The notes under the pieces are model-generated. The model searched no databases, had not been told where the DNA came from, and saw only the letters and a list, made by a program, of their open reading frames with translations. A program made the translations under genes and the position numbers. 64,000 nt of DNA from Centroscyllium fabricii (taxonomy: Eukaryota): positions 1,116,001 to 1,180,000 of the forward strand of contig JBNRSN020000058.1 of assembly GCA_051313645.2 (NCBI GenBank), read 5' to 3'. Position 1 is the first letter of the stretch. Every line of letters starts with the position of its first letter. Positions 1 to 14,429 of the stretch are shown in pieces.

Positions 1-1436
1 GAGATAAAGTGCCATTTCATTGAGACACACATTAACTAACTTGCAAATGCAGAGAAAGTTTAAATCTTGCTGAAAGGTTAATTTGTGCTAAATATTTGGC
101 AAATTTTACAAATTTTAAGCTGCCATGATGAGGCATAGAAATGGAAATGACATCATTTAATCAGTTACTGCTCACAACTGCAGAGCCAGGACATGTGCCT
201 TGTCTCATCAAGAGTTTTTCGTCCCCTTGCCCCATAACTGCGGACAATGCCTAACGTAACAGGTTTGGTGGCAGTTTTGCGGCACACACCACATTTTTCT
301 GATAATGTTAAATTGTGATGAATTATAGATACACTAGTATAGCAGCCAACAGTTCCTTTCAGATCTGCTGTGTAATATCGATCAGAATTGTTTTGAACAG
401 CATTTATGGTACTGGTCTTAGTCATTTTATTCCCCCCCGTTTAAATGTGTTGGGGGAAGGGGGACGGGGTGATTAGCCATTCGCAGGAATACTGCCCTCT
501 GTAACTTAAGAGTGAGAGAACAGCGAAAGAATAAACCAGCAATGACGAGAGAGAAAACATCTATTCATTTCATCTCAGATGCAGAACAACATGGTACAGG
601 GGGTTCAACAATAGCAAAATGTACAGACTCAAAGCATTTGTTTCAAATCACCATAGGCAACACTGAGGTTTACTGAGGCGCTAACAAAAATGAAAGTTAG
701 TCGGTCAGAAAAATCCAAGTGGTTACCCTGGCCAACTGTATTCTTAGCAATCACTAGGTGGTCAAACCACACTGCTGTGTTTATAATGTTGACTCATATC
801 CACTCGGGGCCTTTTCTCAAGTAACCAGCTAATCTGCTGTGTACAGTTATACATGCCACAGCTCCCCACTCAATTTCCTTCTGAAGCTAGCGAGCACTGT
901 TTCACCGTTGGAGGGCACAGGCATTTTTGATTCATATTTTTAAAATATGGTAGACTTATTTTAAATATGTATATGATTTCAGCACTGCCCAGTCTCTTAT
1001 TTCTCACAGGAGTCTCCCACATTTTTTCTTAGATGATCTAATAGGAACCAATGACTATATCTCCATTTCCCCTCCTTCATTAATCTCCTGCATGAAAATC
1101 CTCGAAGCGTGGCAGCTCTGTGACTTGTACTTTTATTATTTTCTGTAATGCTCTATATTTTAAATACTGATACAGAGCGAAACACCTGCTGTTCAAGAAA
1201 TAAGGTTCATGTGCTGCAGGTGAATGGAACAGAGGGTTTATGGGTCATTAAAATAATTAAATGTTCAGTTTGCAACATTTAATCCCCAGCAAAATTAAAC
1301 TTTAAAAAGGCAGATTCTGAACAAAAACACATAAATTTCACTGAGAATGGAAATGGACAGAATAGCAGCAAATAATCCAGTTGTAAGGAACTGTTGAAGT
1401 TGAACAGCTGAAAGTAATGGACATTCCAGAGGAAGT

Positions 1437-2020
1437 GATCTGCCCTGTCGGGCGGCGATCTGCCCTGTCGGGCGGCGATCTGCCCTGTCGGGCGGCGATC
1501 TGCCCTGTCTGGCTGCGATCTGCCCTGTCTGGCTGCGATCTGCCCTGTCTGGCTGCGATCTGCCCTGTCTGGCTGCGATCTGCCCTGTCTGGCTGCGATC
1601 TGCCCTGTCTGGCTGCGATCTGCCCTGTCTGGCGGCGATCTGCCCTGTCTGACGGCGATCTGCCCTGTCTGACGGCGATCTGCCCTGTCGGACGGCGATC
1701 TGCCCTGTCGGACGGCGATCTGCCCTGTCGGACGGCGATCTGCCCTGTCGGACGGCGATCTGCCCTGTCTGGCTGCGATCTGCCCTGTCTGGCTGCGATC
1801 TGCCCTGTCTGGCTGCGATCTGCCCTGTCGGGCTGCGATCTGCCCTGTCGGGCTGCGATCTGCCCTGTCTGGCGGCGATCTGCCCTGTCGGACGGCGATC
1901 TGCCCTGTCTGGCGGCGATCTGCCCTGTCGGACGGCGATCTGCCCTGTCGGACGGCGATCTGCCCTGTCGGACGGCGATCTGCCCTGTCTGACGGCGATC
2001 TGCCCTGTCTGACGGTGATC
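1437..2020. repeat. GC-rich 20-bp minisatellite (GATCTGCCCTGTCKGRCKGC, ~29 copies) in NFIA intron 2
   Basis: Exact 20-bp periodicity is directly visible, with a few alternating variant positions. It explains the three repetitive ORFs at 1279-2068. Confidence 0.97.
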
Positions 2021-2767
2021 CTGCTTAGGTCCCAGTACCTCTTGCAGGTGCATGTCAAATTCTAACACAAGCTCTTGTGTAATGGCTCCTTCAATTGCAA
2101 TTGGAAAAGGGCAAATTAATTACAGCTTTAATTATCTAATTTACGTATTTCTTTCAACAACACTACAATTTTAAAAGGATAGTGGTATTTTTATAATGGG
2201 ATTCAGAGTACATAGTTGTTGACATAACAAATATTTTGTCTTTCTTTAAAGATGCTCCCATATAGAAGTACAGAACCCCCTTTGAAGCATATTTTTTCTT
2301 GCCTGAACTTAATGGAATTTATTATTTATGAAATAAACAGATGTTAATTTTAGCAGTATTACTGAATTACTAAACCAATTATTACAGTGAATTTCTTTCC
2401 ATTAAACAAGAACAAGTGAGCTCTTGGAATACAAAACTGACAATGTCTTCCAACTTGCATCCAAAAATTGCTATTTAAAAAAAAAGTTTAGTCTAGCCCT
2501 GATTTAGGCTGAGATTACACTACACGGTGCACAAGAAGAAGGGAGCAAGAAAGGAGATAATATACCCTTGTATTATTTGGGAAGGTATGAAAGGGAACTG
2601 CCTCCTAATGGGTGGGTCATTGTGCTAACTGGGCCGTGGTATTTTGGTGTGTGTAGTAAACAGTTAAATAAAAAGTCAACTTTTATTTGGAATAAGTGAG
2701 GAAAGAATTTATCAAACAGGCTAAAATTTCCATTGTTTTCTGTGGAACAGCTAATTTTATTAAATTT

Positions 2768-3388
2768 GGTGAGGAATTTAATCTCCAGTCCTTGATGGTT
2801 GAAAAAGGCGGGTTGAGAGCGGGGATGGGGGGGGTCTCCAGGGCAGTGGCACTAGGCCGCAGAGAGGAGGGATCTTGTGGGGGGGCAGCCAGAGGAGCGG
2901 GGGGTAGAAACCAATCTGGGAGACGGGAGCAGCACAGCGGAGGGGTTGAGTGAAGATATGGGGCCAGGGTTGATCAGGGTGATCGGAAGCCTGGGGCTGG
3001 AAGAAATTGGAGGACTCCTGGGAGATCTCCGATCACGGGGGAGATCTCCGATCACAGGGGAGTGGGTTAGGCGGGGACGCCGAATCCAGGAGGTAAGTGT
3101 AAAGGCACTTACCTCCTGCTTCCAGCAATCCACGCCTTGCATTAGCTGGCAGATTTCATGAGGCCTGCAAAACCCGACCAGCTAAAGTTAAATTCAAATG
3201 GAGGTAAAAATGCCTCATTATAATATTTAAATAGATGACCCACTCCTGGGAGCGGGTTGGTCCCTGCCCTTCCGTCCCACTTCTGTTAAAACTCGAAGCG
3301 GGTGGATTCTAGTCGAGATTTAGATTTTTAACACTTTATCTTCCCACATGGCTCCAACCCACCTGTTTTTTAGGTTAAACTTCCCCCC
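2768..3388. mobile_element. Degenerate non-autonomous TIR element (MITE-like, family C)
   Basis: GC-rich island in AT-rich intron. Imperfect inverted ends GGTGAGGAATTTAATC ... GGTTAAACTTCCCCCC. Internal duplicated palindrome GGAGATCTCC and a 13-bp perfect hairpin at 3087-3118. Confidence 0.6.
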
Positions 3389-4990
3389 TTAGTGAGAGAA
3401 TGCAAATCCCCATTTGGTTTTTCTACAAGCAATAATACCCTTTATGAGGGATGTACTTTTATTGGAACCAAGTCTAGTTGTTCAATATTTTGTCTCCCTT
3501 CTAAGGCATACTTTGTAGTTACATTTTTAAAAATTTAAGTTTTTGGAGCATTCATTCAAAATACAAGAGCCATCATTGTCGTGTACTATGACAGCAGCCA
3601 CACTGGACACATTCTGTCCATCCATTTTAATAGTGTTAAGTTACAAGTACCCTAAATCCTTCAAAACAATCGCTCTGTGGGGCCAACTTGCAACAGTGCA
3701 ATAAGGTATTTAGGAAGAAAATGCAAAATATCAACACTGTAAAGCTGTGTTATATTAACTGTAAAAGCAAACAGCAACTTTTCTGAATTAAAGAGACACC
3801 ATTAAATTGTCAGTAATCAGTGATGTCAATCTGTTTACACATTACCCAGAAAAGTTCAGAGACATCCGTTTCCAAGGATGCATTTTGTGGCACTAATTAC
3901 AGCTCGTTCAAACTTACATCCTTTACAACAGAGATTAAGAGAATGTGTTAACATTCTAAAAGAGGTGGGGATGAAGGGCTACTCTGGGTACAGAAAAATA
4001 ATGAAAATCAGTTTCATAACATCTCGCTTGAAGGCGGTGGAAAAAATAGCAACACAACTCTTCATCTAATAACACTGTCTCAATTCAAAGATTTTTCTAT
4101 CAGCTTTCAAGTTCTTTGCGTAGGTAGCAATATTAAATGTAAAATCAACAGAATATCGCTGTTATTTGGCCTGGTCAATAACACTTTTGCCAAAAAATGA
4201 TACAATATGTCAAATTAACAAACCAGTGCCAAATTTTAGCCATGATACTGGACACACTGACAAATATTCTACAACTCATTGTTTTCGCCCTTTTTATATT
4301 CCAGATAATGCTGCCACTGGAGCTTGCAATCGGCTTGACTACAGCACTGAAACTTTTATTTGCTCTCTTGGTCTCTACTGGAATTGTGCCAGGTGGACAT
4401 GATGAACATCAGCAAGGACAGCAATTGTCTTTAGCATTTACAAGATATGGTCTGTCCTAACTGCACATGTCCAATTTACATCTGCATCCTTAATAGAACA
4501 AAGAAGGAGCTTAAAAGGTTTCCAAATTCCGAGAGGCAAACGAGCAAGAGTGTTAGTTCTGAGATCAAACACATGCAGCTTAAGTCCCGCATTTTATTTG
4601 GAACCAAAAAAAAAGCAAAATAGAAAAAAATATACTTCTGTATTTTACTGCCATTTGTGAAAATGTCAAAGTTATTTTAATGGCCGACTCTACAGCTAAC
4701 CACTATGAAACACCGAAACCCACAGGAGCAGGCCTGCATACTTCAAAAGCCGAGATTTAACCACAGAAGACAATGGCTAACAAAAAGTATTACTTTCATC
4801 CTACCCACATCTTTCTGACTACAAAGAACACTCCCAATGACTACACTCTATAGGTTTTTGCTATGCAAGAATAATCTGCGACAGTAACATTTAGCAGCTG
4901 AACACTGGAAGCACTCCTGGTGTTGAGGGACAGTGAAAAAACAGGCGCAATCATACAGCTGTTCAATAAAGCTCTTGCAGTTTGTCACTG

Positions 4991-5145
4991 TGATGTGGAG
5001 GTGCCGGTGGTGTTGGACTGGGGTGGACACATGCAAGAAGTCACACAACACCAGGTTATAGTCCAACAGTTTTATTTTAAAATTTTGCTTATTAAAATTT
5101 AAAATAAAACTGTTGGACTATAACCTGGTGTTGTGTGACTTCTTG
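4991..5145 (-). mobile_element. Penelope-like element 3'-end remnant with inverted (foldback) duplication
   Basis: ~45-bp perfect inverted arms (5034-5078 / 5101-5145). Flanked by the 12-bp direct repeat AGTTTGTCACTG (4979-4990, 5146-5157). Same sequence recurs at 28790 and 31910. Confidence 0.75.
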
Positions 5146-8100
5146 AGTTTGTCACTGGACTAATTCTTTTTACTATTTGCATAAAGTTGGCCATAAACAA
5201 ATCTGTGAATTGTGCATGTCCCAGAGAGCTGGTGCTCAGCTACGACAACACCTAACCTTCATTATTTTTTGGAGAAGGCTGTCCGTGTGGTTAGAAAACA
5301 TTTTAGGTCCTATGAGCAAGTTACTTGTTCAAGAAACATTTTGCTCAGATACAATGGTTTTATATCTTTGTTTTTAAAGAAAAATTTTAATGTTGAGTTT
5401 AAAGAGTAACACCCGTTGTTTTCTCACTCCTTATTGAATTTTCACTTCCTTGATGTCACCCACACAAGTAGCACAAGGAAGCAAGAGTACTTTTTTGAGA
5501 TTTTTCTCTTTTCACATTGCACCAAGGGTACTTTTTACAGTACTCCCACTGGGGCCAGATTTACTTATTTTGAAGTGGTGACCCTTATCAGACATCAGTG
5601 ACAGAGTGATCTCCATCCCCAATCCCTGGGGGTCAGATTCAAATACTGCTCTCCATGGCAACCGCTCAGCCTCAGTACACCAATACACCCCTGAAAGAAC
5701 ATGACAGATTCAATGGATGGACATAGCAAACTTTAGTTGTGTCTTCTACCCCCCAAACTCCAACCACAGCCCCCACCATCCGCCCCAGTCTGGAGATTTT
5801 CTATTTTTTCTCACTGAAGAGAGATTTTCCATTGCTTAATCCTTACTAAACCCAGAGACCTCAAAACAGCTAGTAAAGCTTCTTTGCACTATCCAGCTAA
5901 TGGGGTGGGTTGTTAATTAATTAAGTGCTTTTAAAACAGCTAATAAGGTCTAAATGTTTGAAAGCATTAATGAAAAAATGCCCTGATTTTTGTATTTGTC
6001 AGAGTCTTGGAAATGGTGCATTTTTGTTATTAAACAAATGGTGAATGATGCAACAAGGATACGTTACTGATATTGCAAAGGGGAAGAAAACTTGTACAGG
6101 GTATTATAATCTTTCCGTAATCGTCATTGAAGCATTTTTATTGCCGATTCCTGGTGAGACCACAAGATGGAGCAACTAATAGATAGGGGCTTCCTGTGTA
6201 ATGGGGGGTAGTGGTGGGAGCTAGCGATGTAGGGTAGGGGAAAGCAGAAGTTATTTCCCGTCCATTAATTGTGAAGGAGCATTTATAGCGACCACAGAAA
6301 ATTCCAGTACCCTAAATACTACATGCCAACAACTGGAGAAAGAACCATAGTTGAACATCACAGCAATCAGGGCGTAATTGGAATGATGGAAAAAGAGAGA
6401 GACAGACAAAGAGAGAGGGGAAGAGCGTGGACGTTGAAGCACAAGTGAAAATAAATCCCCGTTTAATATTTCACCTGGTGCTAGCAAGAGCTCCACTGAT
6501 AGGAGGAATGAAACTCAAAAGTTGCTCGATGAATCCTTGAACTACTTTGCTGAACCCAGTGAGTTAGTAAAAATGAGGTCCGTTTGCTCGATACAGAAAT
6601 TGTCTTTCACATCTTTCTATTTAATTACAGGGTACATGTTTCACTGACTGATTTTGAATGCCAGTCATTGCTGCATTTTTTTCTCTAGGAGTGTCAACAT
6701 TTAGCAAACCCAGAAGCTTTAAACCATATTGTTCCCACCAGCATTTACAGCTTGACTACCTAGAGCTTCAGTTTGCCAAGAAAGGATTGAGGGAGTTTTT
6801 TTTTAATGTTGGCTATGTAGTCGGTCACACAAAAGAGTAAAGTCAGGATGTGTCAATGCATGAACATGCCACTGCAACTAACTATTTTTTTAAAAAAAAA
6901 CAAGAATGCGTTCCTAATTACATTAATTTTGTTTTAAATAATGGCTTTATAATAGAGAAAAGTAAACCTTCAGCACTTAGCACTGCTTTTATGGTCTTTA
7001 ACCAGCAAATAAGAGTTATCCAAGTTTTCAGTTTTAAGTATTTGAATGGGCACTATGATATTTATCAATTTGCAGTGGTTATAGTCAAATCCTGCATCAT
7101 AACAGAGCACCAACATATAGTATGATATGGTTCAGATAAATTTGGTAAAATCTACATTCGTTCACAATGCAAAATGAGATATTTAATTGGCTGACTTACA
7201 CATCATCTACAATTTGTTGTAATTTTAAACTTTTTTCTATTTATTATTGTTGTGTTTTTCTAAAAACAATTATGATTCCTGGTGAAATCATCAAGGGAAT
7301 TGGTTCTGAGGAGTTACCAATCGAGGACATTAGCATTGCTTGATGTATAGCCATTAACCCAGGTTACCTCACGCATCGTATCATTTTAACGGTACAGATT
7401 AATTTAGCTCCCTTGCACTGACGTCGCAACCAGTTCCTCGACAAGGTCATTGAGCACCTATTATTTACTCAAACTTTAAAAAAATGAACAGAACTAAATG
7501 AAAGTAAACAAATAATCAAAAATGGATGTTAAACATTAATAATAATTAGTTTTAACAACGTAGTCTTTAAGAACAGAAATGGGGATATTCCCTCTTTAAA
7601 ATATCTCCTCTCATCTCTGAGGAAGGGGGTTCAATCACTGCCCAAGATTTTGATCTTGCTTTTTTTAAATTAAGAAAATCAAGGCTTTTTTTTTAAAGTG
7701 CTCGAGGTACATGAAAGGCCACAGAATGGAAATAAAGTTTTTGATTACTATGTATGCAACCCAACAAAAGAGATTTTGTCTCTATAAAAAGAAACAGTAT
7801 CCATTTTGTAGTCTTACAAGAGATACATTTAATACCAGTCAGCCATCACGTAGACACACTTTACACAGAGTTCTCAAGGCTTCTAATAAAAGTCAAAGCA
7901 GATAATGCCAAAACTGCAAAGATTGTATTTTACTGGCCCGTAAAAATATACTTGAAAAAACATTAAAAAGGAGATTTTGTTAAAGAATCTTTGTTTAGTA
8001 TTTTTAAAGGACGAGGGTGGTTTGATCTTTAGTTTTAAATAATAATTGCCGTTGGCCAAATAAAAGAGATACTGTCGCTAAAATAGTCTGCAAACCAATT

Positions 8101-9482
8101 TCTCACTTTGTTCTCTTTCTTGCTCTCTTTTGTTCACTCCAGCAGTTTTTTAAAAATCCATCAAGAGGATTTCCAAATTAACTGCCTTGTGTGGGTGTAC
8201 AGACTAACCAGACATAATCTTCAGAAAGTGGGTCAGCCTGAAGCAGCAGAAGGCGTGTCAGGTGAATAAAGTTTCAACATGTTGGATATAGGAGAGTTTG
8301 GCACAAGCTACCTTTCAGGACAGAGTTTAACGCCAAGGAATTTATTCTGAAAGAAGCATCTGCACCATTTGTTCAATTAACACCTTTGCACTCCCCCCCA
8401 ACCCCCACCCACACAGACTCAGAAAAAAAGAGGAAACAAAATTAAGTTACATGAGTCCATTAAGCAAAAAAAAGTATCTTTCTGTTGGAATAAACTGGTT
8501 GAACTTTAAAAACTGCAAGAAAAATCTAAACTATAAAACATGCCCCCTTTCATGTATCTCATTCCTACTCAAAAGGACCAATATAGCCATAATAAATTTA
8601 GTCAAACATGTTGATACATTAGATTACAAGATTAAAAAACTGTATTCATTTAAAGACATGAAAAACATTGTATACAAAGTGAAATTAGAAAGGGAAGCTA
8701 GACTTTTGAAAAGGCTGGGAAATGCAACAAAGAAGGTTGCATTGCTATAACGGGTAAAAAAAATACTATTGCAGAAGTTGAAAGAATTAATGCCAGGTTC
8801 TCTGTCGAACAGCTTCCAAAAACAAACTATAACAGGCAGCAGAAGTGAATTAGAGCCGATGTCAAAATATGCACCAATCCAAATGGCTGGGGTCTCCCAG
8901 CAGTGAAACCAAGGCTCTAACCAAGTGAAACATTCAGCCCTGCTGTGTACTGCACTGACCACAACAAAGATTGTGGTTTCTACCACACTCACCCTAAATA
9001 GCTGAAAATTATTGTTATTCATCATGGCATGGAAAGAAAGGGAAATGTAAAACTGCTGCCGTTCATTCGTGGTGGAAATTGCCCTTGTGATATTCAAGGC
9101 TTTGTTACCACCAGATAAACCTGTGGCTGCTGATGGCTTACAGACGAAGGACCTTTAGGGATTCCAGCAATTTGCATTTGTGGGTTTAAAAAAGAAATTA
9201 AATGATCATTACCACAATTTGCTGCAATCATATATCATAAGTTTGTGCTCTACTATAAATAATTATTTTGAAGTTGGGTAGTTCAAACATTTTAAAGTTT
9301 AAAGAGTTCATGCTTGCAAATATTTGTTTTGTTTTGAATTACTGGAATTATCAGAATGCTATTTGTATCTCAATCTTAAAGAGAGATATATTGCCATGGA
9401 ATTAGCATAGTATTTTCTTATAAATAATGCAATGATATTATTGCAGTTTTAATTGAGATATGATTTACAATTACACACAAAG

Positions 9483-9780
9483 GAACATAAAGTACAGGAC
9501 TGGAAAAGACTCTGGTCTATCTAGCTTGTCCCAAAAATGAATACACCTCACTCACTCCCTCCCTCAAATGTTTATCCAATTCTTCCTTAATTTTTTTTTA
9601 CATACTATCTATCTCCACAGGCAGCTTGCTTCACACACTCTGCATAAATAAGTTAAACCTAAACTGTCAGTGCATCTTTTAATCCTGAGCCCGTGTCCCC
9701 TAGATCTACAGTTTGTGGCAACCTCTAACATATTATTCCAGGGTAAATTCTACGTTTAGTATAGATTATATAAAGGATTA
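9483..9780 (-). mobile_element. Highly eroded CR1-like 3' fragment
   Basis: Patchy similarity, in the same order, to the younger CR1 3' ends in this window (GAACATAA tail; TCCAATTCTTCCTTAA; TGTCCCCTAGATCTA). Right boundary approximate. Confidence 0.4.
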
Positions 9781-10736
9781 TGTCAATAGTTGGGCAGACA
9801 GCGCCTTGTTTTCTTGATTTTGATTGTCCCTAATAATTCAAAGCACATTTCTGCTTACTTCTGTAACTCTCGTGGCAGTAACTTTAGTCCTGCAGTCCTT
9901 CACGGTAATCAATGTTTTGTGTACCATAGGAATGCTAATTGTGAATGTGGAAAGCTAGGTCTAGAAATAATTTCTGAATATAATAGGCTAGCTTTTCTGA
10001 TCAGCATATTTTAACACTGGTAGTAATGCATTACTGTCGACATTAAAATAACACTGATCAGAAATACTAGGCTAATGTCTTTTATTGAAGAGAACAGATG
10101 CAAAAGGGATTAGGAAACACATTCATGTTCTGCAAAGAAAGTTTTGTAACAGAATGGTTAACAGACCCAGTAAAAAAAATTAAAAGGTTATTTAATTAAA
10201 AGGGTAATTTTGATTTATGCAGCTCTTTGTTCAGCTTTGATCCAGTTTACAGATCTTACTGTTGGTCATCAGGGTAAAGAATTTGACAGGGGTCTATGGA
10301 GTACACTGGAGCAACATTTCATCAGACTCCAAACCAAACACTACATTAAAATGAGTTACAATGAAGGTAAGTAGCCCACATTTGATGATTACATCTTTAA
10401 AAAGAATTCCTACTGGTAATGGAGATCTAAAAGCACTTTTTTTGTAGGTTGCTTTTATTCCACTTACTGGGAGAGAAAAAATAAAAGGCGACGCATGGGG
10501 CAAAAAAATCTTTAAAAAAGGAACTTCTAAATGAAAACCAGCCAATCCTGGGTCTAAAATCTCATTCCACTTAAACTTGACTGTGAAGGATTCCCTCAAC
10601 TCTTGGACTCTATTTCAACCCAGTTTCCCTTTCCACAAACTGTTTGCATAGGCAGTGGGTCACAACAATACTGACGAGCTGAAGACAGCACTCGCATGAG
10701 TGCCCACTAATAAGCAAAGATCACCGTTTATCTAAG

Positions 10737-10829
10737 AGGTCAAATGCCTGGTGGCTAGGGTCACGACCTAAACAACTTATGTCATGACCCTTACACGTGC
10801 CTGGACTGATGCTATTCTGACTTGGGTCA
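10737..10829. promoter_or_regulatory. Cluster of nuclear-receptor half-sites plus an E-box (candidate intronic enhancer)
   Basis: AGGTCA 10737; GGGTCA-CGACCT 10758-10769; ATGTCA-TGACCC 10779-10790; CACGTG 10794; TGACTT-GGGTCA 10818-10829. Motif evidence only. Confidence 0.3.
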
Positions 10830-13748
10830 GCTGCTAATGGTGCAGACCATAAATTAGATTGTGCCTCACACTTTTTCAAAAGAAAGTTTGTCTTCCTCCA
10901 ATGCAGTATCATTCGAAGTTGTCACTTGATGCCTGTGTGGGGCGTTGGACTGACAAAGGGAATCAATGGTTACAAAGAGTTTATCTATTAACTTGCAAAC
11001 TAAATGAAAAGATAACTAGATCATTTAGGACTGTTCAATCCTACTTCATTAATGCATTGTAATTCTCTAGGTTTTTTTTTACAAGAAAGGGTTTAGCAAA
11101 ACCTATTGAGTATTGTTAAGAATTTAGTGAACACTAGACTACAATTTGCCATTACTGAACTTCTAAAATCTGAATGATTTTAATCTTGGTAAGATGTACT
11201 TGATAGCTATAACACTTTTAGTTATCAATTGTCCTGCATAACCACAATGGCCTTTTTCATCTAAAGGCTGGCCTGCTAACATTGCTGATAATTTTCAATT
11301 ATACCCTGCGTAATCTTCCCAAATGGCACTACAACTCTGGAATAATCTGAAGTATAGAAAAAATGTCACATTTTTTTTCCCCTTAGCTGCTGTGCCGTGG
11401 TCATTATTTCACTTCCACACTTATTCCACAAAGGGAGTGTTCGTTAGAATAGGCTTTGAATGTTCTCCTGCTGGTCTATAACTAAACGCTTAACATGCTA
11501 AACAAACAGAAACTCGGAACAGTTGGCATTACTTTAGTCACTGATGCTTTCTATATTATGGATCTTTAGAGCAATATTAACTTAAATCAACTGAAGGCAA
11601 ACAATCCCTGAATTCAGGCCCTAACACACTCTAAAGCAATAAGTGTTACAGTACATGTCAAGAGAAAACAATAAAACCAAAGTGCAATATTGATCACAGC
11701 TTCATATATTTGTTTAAAAAAATTATGTATCCTTCCATTATACCATGAGTACCTTGTGGCCTTCCAGCAATTGCTAAATCAGTTTTCACAACTGCACTAG
11801 GTCTATTAACTAATATTCACAGCAAAATATTTCCACACTTCAAACTGTTGCTTATTAGCAGCAATTAGTGGCCTTGTTTTTTATACAGCTTTGTGTTATT
11901 TTCAAAAGACTGATGCATTGCTGAATAGTTATTTAAATTTATTTAGACAAAAGATTGAGAGAGAATATTATTTAATCACTCAACGCATTGAGCACTTGTT
12001 GAAAAGTTCAATTATCTACACTAAATATCCAAACCAAAAACACCCCTTTTCAGTTTTAGAAGAAAATTGTTTGATTTAATAAAAACCCATCGGCGATATA
12101 ATCGCTGTTCCCTAAAACATGGCGCTTCAGATCAGACTACAGGAAAGAGCCGAGCGTCAGCGAAAAAAAGTGGCCACGTATTCCCATGTTGGCTTTGGCA
12201 TGTTGGACAAAGCACTTTTTAGAGTTCATGCTTTCTGCCAACACTGGCAGCTGCTCAGTCCATTGAAAACTCCGGAACCTTCCAAGCAGGCCAAAAACGA
12301 ATCCAGTAGATTTTCTACACACAACTCTGCGAGCATCCAATTTTAAAATACATATTGTTTAAGAGTACTGTGTGTTTCGTTCCATTTATTTCAGTGAACA
12401 TGCGACTGTGAGTACAGTATATTTGCAGAATTAAACACTTTTGTTCTTTGTGTCTAATCCTGATCCGTCCCTCCCCACTTCGTAGTTTTAATAAAATGTA
12501 GTATGCAATGTGGGGAATGGAATAGAATTGACTTTCCAATGTATTTTGACTGCTTTGACACGTCAACCTTTAGCAGTTATCTCTGTATTATTTCCAGAGC
12601 CAATGGCCACAAAGCTGACTAAAGTTTCTAATCTGCCAAAGCACTGTTGGTTTAGGACAAACAAAACAACCAAAGGTGGCAGCAACAATCACAAAAAAAT
12701 ACCTAAACACAAAATGTTTCAGAAAAAAATAAAGCTATTAAACGGTAAAAGATTGTCATTTAAAAAAATGATTAACATTTTTTTTTTAAAAGATAAAAAC
12801 AAAGCTTGCTTGGGGCTTATCCCAAATGCTTGATATTCTGAAGCTCAGTCATTTGCAGTGACAGGTTGCAACAGGAAAAAGTGCAAGGCTTTATCATTGT
12901 ACAACACTGGTGTATATTAATAGTGACCAACACAAGCAATAAAACCCAAAGTGTACAAGAGAATCAGATGGCTGGATCGTTTCTGCATTCATTTTATTCA
13001 ATGACCACCACCTGCATTTACCACATAAACATACCCCTAGTCTCATGATGCACCTGTAAATATAAGAATGTCTGAAAAAGAACACAAGATCTTTATCAAG
13101 GAGACTGGTGAAGAACAGTCACATACTGCATTGCCTTGCTACTAAGCAGAGAGTGGAATCCAGAGTTTGTCACCTTAGTTGGGCAGCAGACAAGCCACAG
13201 TACAAGACTCCTTCGCTCCTAGTTGCAGAATGCCACTGCTATTCCCAAGCTATTGTGCCAACGCTCTGGGGTATTGGGTGACCCAAATTTTCAAATCTAT
13301 GATGATGCTTTTTCAGTTGTATGTGTTTTGTGTATTGCACATTCCCACTAAAATTGTAGGGTGTTTTTTTTTTTTTACACACACACGTAAACAAAATGTA
13401 CTTCCTGCAGGAATGTTCATCTTCCACCGTAAGCTGTGAAGGGTGGGGTGGGGGGGGGGGGGGGGGGGGGGGGGCGGGGAAGAGAGAATGCTGGTTTGAT
13501 CCTGAGGAAAAACTATATTAATAAGTGCATGAGAAACACAACTGGAAAGTTTAACAGCAGTTTGCAGATCCGGCCTGTAATGACCATTTGTGACTATTAT
13601 ACAAAAAAACTAAAATGCTGTTTAATATCATAGATTGTTTTACCAAGTTTAGGCTGCACTTTGCAACAGGACAGGATCTAAATTATCTATAAGAGCATGC
13701 AGTAGAAAGTTACCTTTACAGAAATGTATGTACACAAGACAACCATTA

Positions 13749-14429
<681 letters not shown>

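Noticed and set aside
1279-2068. Three long ORFs (191-259 aa) with RQGRS/AICPV repeats
   Set aside because: By-products of a stop-free 20-bp minisatellite that is open in several frames on both strands.
13441-13479. Long poly-G run as a G-quadruplex element (also ~19089, ~20909, ~21046)
   Set aside because: Homopolymer lengths are unreliable in assemblies and nothing else supports a function.
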